This document shows, one piece after another, positions 56,583 to 64,000 of a stretch of 64,000 nucleotides of DNA; the first letter of the stretch is position 1; the number at the start of each line of letters is the position of its first letter. The notes under the pieces were generated by a model. That model saw nothing but the letters and a program-made list of their open reading frames with translations. It was not told where the DNA came from and did no database searches. The stretch lies in assembly GCA_963710975.1 (NCBI GenBank), contig CAVQCG010000001.1:279062-343061 (forward strand), in the 5' to 3' direction. The stretch comes from an uncultured Thermoleophilia bacterium. GTDB taxonomy: Bacteria; Actinomycetota; Thermoleophilia; Gaiellales; Gaiellaceae. The translations under genes were made by a program, and so were the position numbers.

Positions 56583-56585
56583 TTG

Positions 56586-57671
56586 ATGCCACGTATCAGA
56601 TCGATCCTTGTCCTTCTTGCAGCGTTCGCTGTATCCCTCACGGTCGCAGCCTGCGGTGGAGGAAGCGGCGACAGCTCCGGAGATGCGACGACCGCCGCGA
56701 CCACCGAAGCTGCAGCCGCGACGACCGAGCAAGCCGCCGCCACCACCGAGGCGGCAGCCGGGGACAAGAACATCGCGCTCGTCGCCTACTCGACCCCACG
56801 CGAGGTGTACGAGGAGCTGATTCCGGCGTTCCAGGGGACACCCGAGGGGGACGGCGTGGAGTTCGAGCAGTCGTACGCGTCGTCGGGCGAGCAGAGCCGG
56901 GCTGTCGAGGCCGGCCTCGATGCCGACTACGTCGCGTTCTCGCTCGAGCCGGACGTCACGCGGCTCGTCGACGCGGGGCTCGTCGCAGCGGACTGGCAGC
57001 AGGCCGCACAGTACAACGGCATGGTGTCGGACTCGGTCGTCGTATTCGTCGTCCGAAAGGGGAATCCGAAGGGCATCGAGACGTGGGACGACCTCGTCAC
57101 CGGCGATGTCGAGGTCGTGACGCCGAACCCCTTCACGTCGGGCGGCGCGAAATGGAACCTGATGGCGGCCTACGGTGCCCAGATCAAGCAGGGCAAGACA
57201 GAGGAGGAGGCAACCCAGTTCCTCGCCGACCTCCTCGCCAACACGCCCGTTCAGGACAAGAGCGCCCGCGAGGCCCTGCAGACCTTCTCGGCCGGGAAGG
57301 GCGACGTGCTTCTCGCCTACGAGAACGAGGCGATCTTCGCCCAGCAGGCAGGTGAGCCCATCGATTACGTCGTTCCCGCCGAGACGATCCTGATCGAGAA
57401 CCCAGCGGCGGTCACGACGAGCGCGACGCCGGAGACGGTCGCCTGGCTCAAGTTCGTGCAATCGCCCGAGGCGCAGAAGGTCTTCGGCGAGCACGGCTAC
57501 CGCCCGGTCGATCCGGACGTCGCCGCCGAGTTCGACTTCCCGCAACCGACCGGCCTCTTCACGATCGCCGACCTCGGCGGCTGGAGCGAGATCAACGAGA
57601 AGTTCTTCGACCGCGACGCCGGCGTCGTGGCTGGAATCGAGCAGGACCTGGGAGTTCCCACTGACGGGTAG
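56586..57671 (+). CDS. sulfate/thiosulfate ABC transporter substrate-binding lipoprotein
   Basis: Lipobox LTVAACGG. ..IALVAYSTPREVYEELIPAF...SGGAKWNLMAAYGA...DVLLAYENEAI.. Confidence 0.85.
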   Translation: MPRIRSILVLLAAFAVSLTVAACGGGSGDSSGDATTAATTEAAAATTEQAAATTEAAAGDKNIALVAYSTPREVYEELIPAFQGTPEGDGVEFEQSYASSGEQSRAVEAGLDADYVAFSLEPDVTRLVDAGLVAADWQQAAQYNGMVSDSVVVFVVRKGNPKGIETWDDLVTGDVEVVTPNPFTSGGAKWNLMAAYGAQIKQGKTEEEATQFLADLLANTPVQDKSAREALQTFSAGKGDVLLAYENEAIFAQQAGEPIDYVVPAETILIENPAAVTTSATPETVAWLKFVQSPEAQKVFGEHGYRPVDPDVAAEFDFPQPTGLFTIADLGGWSEINEKFFDRDAGVVAGIEQDLGVPTDG

Positions 57672-57680
57672 CTACACACG

Positions 57681-58511
57681 ATGAGCACCAACGCTGCATC
57701 CGAGACGATCCAGACGCCGGCGCGCAGGAGACCGCGCGCCGGCGTCATGACGCTCGGGATCTCCACGGTCTACCTGAGCTTGATCGTCCTCATCCCGATC
57801 GCAGCCGTGGTCGCGTCGGCGTTCGACGACGGCTGGGCGAGCTTCTGGAACGCCGTCACGCGACCCGAGGCGGTCGCGGCCCTGAAGCTCACGTTCACCA
57901 TCTCGCTGATCGTCGTCGCGATCAACGCGGTCACCGGCACGCTGATCGCCTGGGTGCTCGTCCGGGACTCCTTTCCGGGCAAGAGCGTTGTGAACGCGGT
58001 CATCGACCTGCCGTTCGCGCTCCCGACGATCGTCGCAGGTCTCACCCTGCTCGCCTGCTACGGGCCGAAGAGCCCGTTCGGCGTGAACGTCGCATTCACC
58101 CAGGTCGCGATCGGGCTCGCACTCCTGTTCGTCACTCTCCCGTTCGTGATCCGAGCCGTCCAGCCCGTTCTCCTCGAGTTCGACCGGGAGATGGAGGAGG
58201 CATCAGCCTCGCTCGGTGCGAGCTCGTTCACGACTTTTCGCCGGATCGTGTTGCCGAACCTATTGCCGGCGATCCTTTCGGGCGTGGCGCTCGCCTTCGG
58301 ACGGGCGATCGGGGAGTTCGGGGCAGTGATCCTCATCTCGGGAAACATCCCGTTCGAGACCGAGGTCTCGTCGTGGTACATCTTCAGCCAGATCGAGAGC
58401 GATGCACCGTCGGCCGCCGCCGCAGTCTCGGTCGTGCTGCTCGCGCTGTCCTTGGTCGTGCTCGTCGGCGCCGACCTGACCGAGCGCTGGACGCGGAGGC
58501 ATGACGCGTGA
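57681..58511 (+). CDS. cysT: sulfate ABC transporter permease
   Basis: 276 aa. ..DLPFALPTIVAGL...EEASASLGAS..FRRIVLPNLLPA.. (EAA loop). Confidence 0.85.
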   Translation: MSTNAASETIQTPARRRPRAGVMTLGISTVYLSLIVLIPIAAVVASAFDDGWASFWNAVTRPEAVAALKLTFTISLIVVAINAVTGTLIAWVLVRDSFPGKSVVNAVIDLPFALPTIVAGLTLLACYGPKSPFGVNVAFTQVAIGLALLFVTLPFVIRAVQPVLLEFDREMEEASASLGASSFTTFRRIVLPNLLPAILSGVALAFGRAIGEFGAVILISGNIPFETEVSSWYIFSQIESDAPSAAAAVSVVLLALSLVVLVGADLTERWTRRHDA

Positions 58512-59338
58512 ACCGCTACCTCCTGCGATTCACGGCACTCGGGTACCTGCTGCTCCTGCTCGTGATCCCGGTGGGGATGGTCTTCTACCGGATGTTCGAG
58601 GACGGCCTCGCGGCGGTGTGGGACGAGCTCACGAGCCCCTCGTTCATCCACGCGCTCCAGGTGACGCTCATCATCACCGCAATCGTGGTTCCCGCCAACA
58701 CGATCTTCGGCATCTGCTGCGCGCTCGCGATCGTCCGTCGTGGTTCGGGGCGCGGGAACTGGTTCCTCAACTCCGTCATCGGGCTTCCGCTCGCTCTTTC
58801 CCCGGTCGTCGTCGGCCTCAGCCTGATCCTCGTATACGGGACGAACGGCTGGTTCGGAGGCTGGTTGACCGATCACGGGATCCAGGTCATCTTCTCGCTG
58901 CCCGGCATGGTGCTGGCGACGATCTTCGTGTCGCTCCCCTTCGTCGTGCGGGAAGTCGTGCCGGTCCTCCGCGAGGTCGGCACCGACCAGGAGGAGGCGG
59001 CCTGGACGCTCGGCGCATCGCAGACGACGACCTTCTGGCGGATCACGCTGCCTGCAATCCGGTGGGGCGTCGCCTACGGCATCGTGCTCACCACGGCGCG
59101 TGCCCTGGGCGAATACGGAGCGGTCGCCGTCGTCTCCGGGCACATCGCGGGCAAGACCGAGACGCTCACCCTGCACATCGACGAGAGCTACCTGCGTTTC
59201 AATCAGACGGGCGTGTACACCACCGCGGTCGTGCTGGCGCTGCTCGCCGTCTTCACCCTCCTCCTGATGAACCTCCTCGGACGAAAGGAGCGTGCCCGTG
59301 GCAATCACGGTGCAGCAGGTGACGAAACACTTCGGTAG
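58508..59338 (+). CDS. cysW: sulfate ABC transporter permease
   Basis: GTGA overlap with cysT. ..[26 protein letters not shown].. The 3' end overlaps cysA by about 40 nt. Confidence 0.85.
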   Translation: MNRYLLRFTALGYLLLLLVIPVGMVFYRMFEDGLAAVWDELTSPSFIHALQVTLIITAIVVPANTIFGICCALAIVRRGSGRGNWFLNSVIGLPLALSPVVVGLSLILVYGTNGWFGGWLTDHGIQVIFSLPGMVLATIFVSLPFVVREVVPVLREVGTDQEEAAWTLGASQTTTFWRITLPAIRWGVAYGIVLTTARALGEYGAVAVVSGHIAGKTETLTLHIDESYLRFNQTGVYTTAVVLALLAVFTLLLMNLLGRKERARGNHGAAGDETLR

Positions 59339-60255
59339 CTTCGTCGCTCTCGACAACGTATCCGTCGCGATCCCGAGCGGATCGCTGACGGCGCTCCTCG
59401 GGCCGAGCGGAAGCGGGAAATCGACGCTGCTCCGCGTGATCGCCGGCCTCGAGCAGCCGGACTCCGGCCAGGTCGAGATCCTCGGGAGAGGACGCGACCG
59501 CCCTGCCGCCCCAGAAGCGAGGCGTCGGCATGGTCTTCCAGCACTACGCCGCGTTCAAGCACATGACGGTCTTCGACAACGTCGCCTTCGGCTTGAAGAT
59601 TCGAAAGCGCCCGAAGGAGGAGATCCGGGCGCGGGTGCACGAGCTCCTCGAGCTCGTGCAGCTGCCGGGCCTCGCCGAGCGGTACCCGTCGCAGCTCTCC
59701 GGCGGGCAGAGGCAGCGCATGGCACTCGCCCGGGCTCTGGCCGTCGAGCCCAAGGTACTCCTCCTCGACGAGCCGTTCGGCGCCCTCGACGCGCGGGTTC
59801 GCAAGGAGCTGCGTCAGTGGCTCCGGCATCTCCACGACGACGTTCACGTGACGACGGTCCTCGTGACGCACGATCAGGAGGAGGCGATGGAGGTCGCCGA
59901 CCGGGTCGTGCTCATGAACGAGGGTCGACTCGAGCAGGTCGGACGGCCACGAGACCTCTACGAGCATCCCGCGAACGAGTTCGTGATGAGCTTCATCGGG
60001 CCGGTGAACCGGCTCGGCGAGACGTTCATACGCCCGCACGACATCGAGGTGCGGGTCGAGCCGAACGGCTCGACGACCGAGGCCATGATCGAGCGGGTGA
60101 TCCACCTCGGCTTCGAGGTCCGGGTCGAGCTTCTCCTTGCCGAGGGCGAGCGCGTCTGGGCTCAGGTGACGCGTGACGAGGCCGAGGCGCTCGAGCTCCG
60201 GGAAGGCCAGGTGGTCTTCGTCAGGCCGAGTCGCACCCAGGTGTTCAGCCCGTGA
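59298..60255 (+). CDS. cysA: sulfate ABC transporter ATP-binding protein, apparent 1-nt insertion near 59487
   Basis: [34 protein letters not shown] (ORF 59292..) continues as [42 protein letters not shown].. (ORF 59530..60255). Confidence 0.85.
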
Positions 60256-60335
60256 ACGCCCGGACCGAGCGGATCGTCTCCACGCTGCTCGGACTCGCCT
60301 GCCTCGCCTTCGGGATCGCGCTGATCCTTCAGTGA
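60252..60335 (+). CDS. possible 27-aa single-TM micro-protein (speculative)
   Basis: The GTG overlaps the cysA stop (GTGA). [27 protein letters not shown]. It is too short for the ORF track and overlaps the convergent Rrf2 3' end by 7 nt. Confidence 0.25.
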   Translation: MNARTERIVSTLLGLACLAFGIALILQ

Positions 60336-60787
60336 GGCTCCCAGGCCTCCGGGTCGGCCACGAGCTCAACAATGGCGGCCGGGAATGTCCCGGCGACGAC
60401 GTCGGCAAGCGTCACGGATTCGAGCACCCCGCGCAGGCTCGCGCGAACGGCAATCCAGACCTCGCGCAGGTGCACTGCAGGGCCGCGGTAATCGACGGCC
60501 TCCGGCCGTGAGCCGCGGACGTTCGCAAGCGGCCCTTCGACTGCTCGGATCACCTCCGCAAGCGTGATCTCCGCCGGGGGCCGGGCAAGCCAGTACCCGC
60601 CGCGCTCGCCGCGCTGGCTCTGAATGATGCCGTCGTGGCGCAGCTCCAGCAGGATGTTCTCGAGGAACTTGATCGGAATACCCTGCGCCTGGGCGATCGC
60701 GTCGCCCTTGACGGGGCCCTCGCCGGCGCGAGCTGCGAGTTCGCTCGCCGCCCGCAACGCGTAGTCGACCTTGGCAGAGACTCGCAC
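60329..60787 (-). CDS. Rrf2-family transcriptional regulator (no Cys cluster)
   Basis: MRVSAKVDYALRAASELA..GDAIAQAQGIPIKFLENILLELRHDGIIQSQRG..GGYWLARP.. Confidence 0.85.
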   Translation of the reverse strand: MRVSAKVDYALRAASELAARAGEGPVKGDAIAQAQGIPIKFLENILLELRHDGIIQSQRGERGGYWLARPPAEITLAEVIRAVEGPLANVRGSRPEAVDYRGPAVHLREVWIAVRASLRGVLESVTLADVVAGTFPAAIVELVADPEAWEPH

Positions 60788-60832
60788 GCCGTCATTCTCC
60801 CTGACAGCATCGGACGCGTATCGTCACGGACG

Positions 60833-61735
60833 ATGGGCCCAGAACCAGACCTCATCGACAGGGCCGTCATCCTAGGAGGCGGCGGGCTCGCGGGGGTGGC
60901 CTGGGGCTGTGGCTACCTCATGGGCCTTCAGGAGGCAGGCGTCAAGCTCGGTGGTGCCGATCGCGTCGTGGGCACGTCGGCCGGGAGCATCGTCGCCGCC
61001 TGGATGACGGCCGGCAAATCGCTTCACCGCAGGTACGCGTTCCTCGAGAACGCAGAGCACCCTCTGCGCCGCGCGCTGACGGCACTCTTCGAAGCATCGA
61101 CGCGGCGCGAGCCGAGCGACGAACAGCGCGAGGCGATGGATCTGCTCTTCCAGCCGGGTGAGGTGTCACCCGAGAGGCTTCGCCGGCTGGGCCAGATCTC
61201 CGGACAGGCCGACACGATGCCGGAGGCGCTGTTCGTCGCGTTCGTCGCGACGATCGTCGGGCGGCGTGACTGGCGCACCGACGTCCTTCGCCTGACCGCG
61301 CACGACATCGTCACCGGAGAGCGCCGCGTTCTGCGAGCCGGTCGGCGAATCGGGCTCGGCCGAGCCTGCGCGGCGAGCTCGTCGGTTCCCGGCGCGTTCC
61401 CACCCGTCAAGGCGGGCGGGGAGCGCCTCATGGACGGCGGCTGCCGATCCGGGACGAACTGCGACCTCGCAGCCGGGGCGCGACGAGCGCTCGTCATCGC
61501 GCTGATGCCTCTTCCGGATGCTGCGCTGGCCCCGGCGGTCACCGAAGAGATCGCGGAGCTCGAGCGGAACGGAACCGTCGTGCACGCCGCCTGGCCAGAC
61601 GCCGACGCGGTGTCGGCCACCGGTGGGAACGCGCTCGATCCGAAGGTCGTTCCGGCAGTTGCTCGGACCGGACGCGTGCAAGGGCTCTCGGACGCGGCAG
61701 CCGTCGGCGTGCTCTGGGCAGGCGGGACGTCGTAA
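60833..61735 (+). CDS. patatin-like phospholipase
   Basis: ATG 60833. ILGGGGLAGVAWGCG (oxyanion hole), GTSAGS (GxSxG), MDGGC (DGG). Confidence 0.8.
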   Translation: MGPEPDLIDRAVILGGGGLAGVAWGCGYLMGLQEAGVKLGGADRVVGTSAGSIVAAWMTAGKSLHRRYAFLENAEHPLRRALTALFEASTRREPSDEQREAMDLLFQPGEVSPERLRRLGQISGQADTMPEALFVAFVATIVGRRDWRTDVLRLTAHDIVTGERRVLRAGRRIGLGRACAASSSVPGAFPPVKAGGERLMDGGCRSGTNCDLAAGARRALVIALMPLPDAALAPAVTEEIAELERNGTVVHAAWPDADAVSATGGNALDPKVVPAVARTGRVQGLSDAAAVGVLWAGGTS

Positions 61736-61797
61736 CCCGCCGCCACGCCCGTCCACCCCGCGTTCGCGGTGGGATTCCTGCGCGACTCGTAAGCCTC

Positions 61798-62397
61798 GTG
61801 GTCGGCCTCTTCATCTGCGCGCTCGGAATCGTCCTGATCCTCCAGGCGAACCTCGGATTGTCACCCTGGGACGTGCTGCACCAGGGGATCGCCGACTCGA
61901 CGCCACTTTCCTTCGGCGAGGCGAACATCGTCGTCGGAGTCGCCGTGCTGCTCGTGGCCTGGCGGCTCGGCGCGCGAATCGGACTCGGCACCGTCGCGAA
62001 CGCGACCCTCATCGGCGCGTTCATCCAGGTGCTGCTCGTCACAGACGCCATCCCTGACCTGGCAAGCTCCCCTCTCGGGGCCCGGGCCGCATTCCTCCTG
62101 GCCGGTATCGCCTGCTTCGGCATCGGGTCGGCCTTCTACATCGGCGCCGACATGGGTGCGGGGCCTCGCGACTCCCTCATGCTCGTCGTTGCCGTTCGCC
62201 TGCACACACGCGTCAGTCTGGCGCGCGGCGGCATCGAGCTGGCCGCACTGGCAGCCGGCTGGGCCCTCGGCGGGGACGTCGGCGTCGGCACGGTCGCGTT
62301 CGCCGTCCTCATCGGACCGGCCGTCGAGGCGGCGTTCTTCGTGCTCGACCGCTCTCCGCTCGCCGCCCCGCGGCTCGACCCCTCTGGCGTGGCCTAG
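61798..62397 (+). CDS. YczE/YitT-like membrane protein
   Basis: GTG start. ..GLFICALGIVLILQANLGLSPWDVLHQGIA...GAGPRDSLML.. Confidence 0.7.
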   Translation: MVGLFICALGIVLILQANLGLSPWDVLHQGIADSTPLSFGEANIVVGVAVLLVAWRLGARIGLGTVANATLIGAFIQVLLVTDAIPDLASSPLGARAAFLLAGIACFGIGSAFYIGADMGAGPRDSLMLVVAVRLHTRVSLARGGIELAALAAGWALGGDVGVGTVAFAVLIGPAVEAAFFVLDRSPLAAPRLDPSGVA

Positions 62398-62438
62398 CGT
62401 CTGGGCAAGATCTCGCTCGTGTCGAGGCCTCGCGACTC

Positions 62439-62775
62439 GATACGCCGGCTTCGCCGGCTGAACTCCGCGGCCTGGCGCCTAACGGCGCGTCCGCTGCGCG
62501 GCGCTCCGCGCCTTGCCTCGCGGGGGATACGCCGGCTTCGCCGGCTGAACTCCGCGGCCTGGCGCCTAACGGCGCGTCCGCTGCGCGGCGCTCCGCGCCT
62601 TGCTTCGCGGGGGATACGCCGGCTTCGCCGGCTGAACTCCGCGGCCTGGCGCCTAACGGCGCGTCCGCTGCGCGGCGCTCCGCGCCTTGCTTCGCGGGGG
62701 ATACGCCGGCTTCGCGCTGAACTCCGCGGCCTGGCGCCTAACGGCGCGTCCGCTGCGCGGCGCTCCGCGCCTTGC
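62439..62775. repeat. tandem array, 4 x 87 bp, GC-rich and internally hairpinned
   Basis: The unit GATACGCCGGCTTCGCCGGCTGAACTCCGCGGCCTGGCGCCTAACGGCGCGTCCGCTGCGCGGCGCTCCGCGCCTTGC(C/T)TCGCGGGG starts at 62439, 62526, 62613 and 62700. The last copy has a 2-nt deletion. The array fills the gap between the convergent stops at 62397 and 62776. Confidence 0.9.
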
Positions 62776-63426
62776 CTATCGCCCGCTGGCGGAGAAGTGC
62801 TGGTAGTCCTTGACCCCGCTCCAGTGTCCGCCCCATCCCCAGCCAACGGACGCAAATGCTCGGACCACGACGTCACCGTCGCGGATCATCCCCTTCTTCG
62901 GCTTCGAGCGGTCGAGGTACGGACGGCTCGCAGGGTGTGAGGTCGTTCCGCCGCTGACATAGGGGTTCTCGATCGGGTTGACGTCGATCGCACGGCCGTA
63001 CGCGTGCTCCGACCAGCGCGTCGTTCCGTCGACATAGCGGCAGTTGAACGCCGACGTGTTGTCGGCCTCGATCGACCGGAAGTCACTCCCACCGTAGGCG
63101 TCGACGAGCTTCATCCGGCGGATCGGGAAGCGCGCATCGAAGAGCTTGCGAAGCACGGTCACGACATCGCCGGCGACATCGCGGTGGACGACTAGCTTGC
63201 CGGTGCGCACCTTTCCGTCGAAGCTCCAGTGCGACACGGTGACGAGCCGCAGGTTCGTGATGTGGACCGGGCAGCCAGGGTGCCAGGAGACCATCTTCTT
63301 CCGGAGCGGCTTGCGGATGACCGACACCTGCGCCTCGAATTGCCTGGCGGAGAGCTCCGCAACAGCAGGAGCTGGAAGGATCGCGACCGCGGCGAGCACC
63401 CCGGCGAGCGCGAGCGCCCGACGCAT
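62776..63426 (-). CDS. M15-family (VanY/LD-carboxypeptidase-like) metallopeptidase, secreted
   Basis: From MRRALALAGVLAAVAILPAPAVA (signal peptide). SEHAYGRAIDVNP (SxHxxGxAxD), DYQHFS. Confidence 0.8.
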   Translation of the reverse strand: MRRALALAGVLAAVAILPAPAVAELSARQFEAQVSVIRKPLRKKMVSWHPGCPVHITNLRLVTVSHWSFDGKVRTGKLVVHRDVAGDVVTVLRKLFDARFPIRRMKLVDAYGGSDFRSIEADNTSAFNCRYVDGTTRWSEHAYGRAIDVNPIENPYVSGGTTSHPASRPYLDRSKPKKGMIRDGDVVVRAFASVGWGWGGHWSGVKDYQHFSASGR

Positions 63427-64000
63427 CAGATCGTCGCGGTGCTCGGACTCCGGCGTGCGACGGAGCTCTCGAGGTCCTGCGACGCGAACGGCCCCGTTGC
63501 GCCTTCTTCGGCGCCGTAGCGGTAGAGGGCTACTGCGAACACGGCGGTGACGGTGCGCGCGGTGACGACCGCGACGACGCCGATGACGACACCGATCGCG
63601 ATCAGCGCCCATTGCACGGCACCGCTCGCGCCCCAGGCGCCGAGGAGGACGAACAGGATCGCCGGGACGAAGCCGATCAGGAAGATCAGGCCACCGACCG
63701 CCACCTGGCCGGTGATCTGCTCTCCCCAGCGTTTGCGGAAGATCGAGGCGGAACGCTTGAGCGCGTCGATCGGGCCCAGGCCCTCGAAGGCGATCACCGG
63801 GATGACGAGGAACGTCGCCAGATTCCAGGCAACCCCCGCAATCCCACCGAGGAGCGCTCCGGCAAACCCCAGCCGCTCCCTGAGGAAGGCGATCAGAAGA
63901 TTCACCGTGAGGGCCATGACCGCCCAGAGCGCGATCGGCCCGAGCCGCTTGCTCGCCGCTGACACTCCGCTTCCGACGGTCGCATCGACACCGTCGAAGG
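63426..64000 (-). CDS. multi-TM membrane protein (DUF6159-like), 5' end probably outside window
   Basis: ..NLATFLVIPVIAFEGLGPIDALKRSASIFRKRWGEQITGQV.. The frame stays open to base 64000. Confidence 0.6.
   Translation of the reverse strand, partial: FDGVDATVGSGVSAASKRLGPIALWAVMALTVNLLIAFLRERLGFAGALLGGIAGVAWNLATFLVIPVIAFEGLGPIDALKRSASIFRKRWGEQITGQVAVGGLIFLIGFVPAILFVLLGAWGASGAVQWALIAIGVVIGVVAVVTARTVTAVFAVALYRYGAEEGATGPFASQDLESSVARRSPSTATI

Noticed and set aside
62439-62775. Possible CRISPR array
   Set aside because: The whole 87-nt unit repeats head to tail with no unique spacers, and no cas genes are nearby.
62394-62940. Long ORFs on both strands (track 62394..62876 - and 62419..62940 +) encoding 29-aa Arg-rich repeats
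   Set aside because: They exist only because the 87-nt repeat period is a multiple of 3. They are open on both strands, extremely Arg/Ala/Pro-rich and lack start context. I treat them as non-coding repeat DNA.

Overview
High-GC, densely coding chromosomal window of actinobacterial type (many 1-4 nt stop/start overlaps, GTG/TTG starts). I support about 70 protein genes, 3 tRNAs, 2 tRNA-flanked island remnants and several repeat or hairpin elements. Main content, left to right: (1) a molybdenum hydroxylase with a split large subunit, plus a cupin and a PAP2 phosphatase. (2) A minus-strand catabolic operon: GabD-like ALDH, NIPSNAP, SDR, cupin, TPP enzyme, amidohydrolase. (3) Tandem DUF4234-like membrane genes. 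(4) An SDR, an epimerase and a cobalt-type nitrile hydratase (beta, alpha, accessory). (5) A long, translationally coupled minus-strand cluster joining a split PEP-synthase-like phosphotransferase (PpsA/PpsB-like) to a GntR regulator, cyclase, HD protein, CoxM/L/S-type Mo hydroxylase, MBL hydrolase, ABM monooxygenase and MFS transporter. This is my best candidate for an undescribed system. (6) tRNA-His and tRNA-Arg(TCT), followed by a 5.7-kb integrase-less island bounded by a 47-nt tRNA repeat; it carries a cNMP-domain histidine kinase and a response-regulator/thioredoxin-reductase-like fusion that lacks the CxxC. (7) A stress-type cluster: Csp, PRC-barrel, holin-IV-like protein and a decayed cupredoxin. 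(8) Transporters, WecB and a GT2 synthase. (9) A degenerate tRNA-Gly(TCC) island with an integrase fragment. (10) Stand-alone NHEJ polymerase and ligase genes split by a Phd/VapC module. (11) CtaG, DUF1501/DUF1800, ROK kinase and a GH15 hydrolase. (12) A PAS histidine kinase with LuxR regulator. (13) A sulfate ABC operon with an Rrf2 regulator. (14) Patatin, YczE, an M15 peptidase and a family of GC-rich repeats, including a 4 x 87-bp tandem array. Caveat: at least 15 apparent 1-nt frameshifts interrupt otherwise recognisable genes, several at homopolymers. The supplied ORF track therefore often splits or wrongly extends real genes. Non-ORF coordinates were counted by eye and may be off by 1-2 nt.
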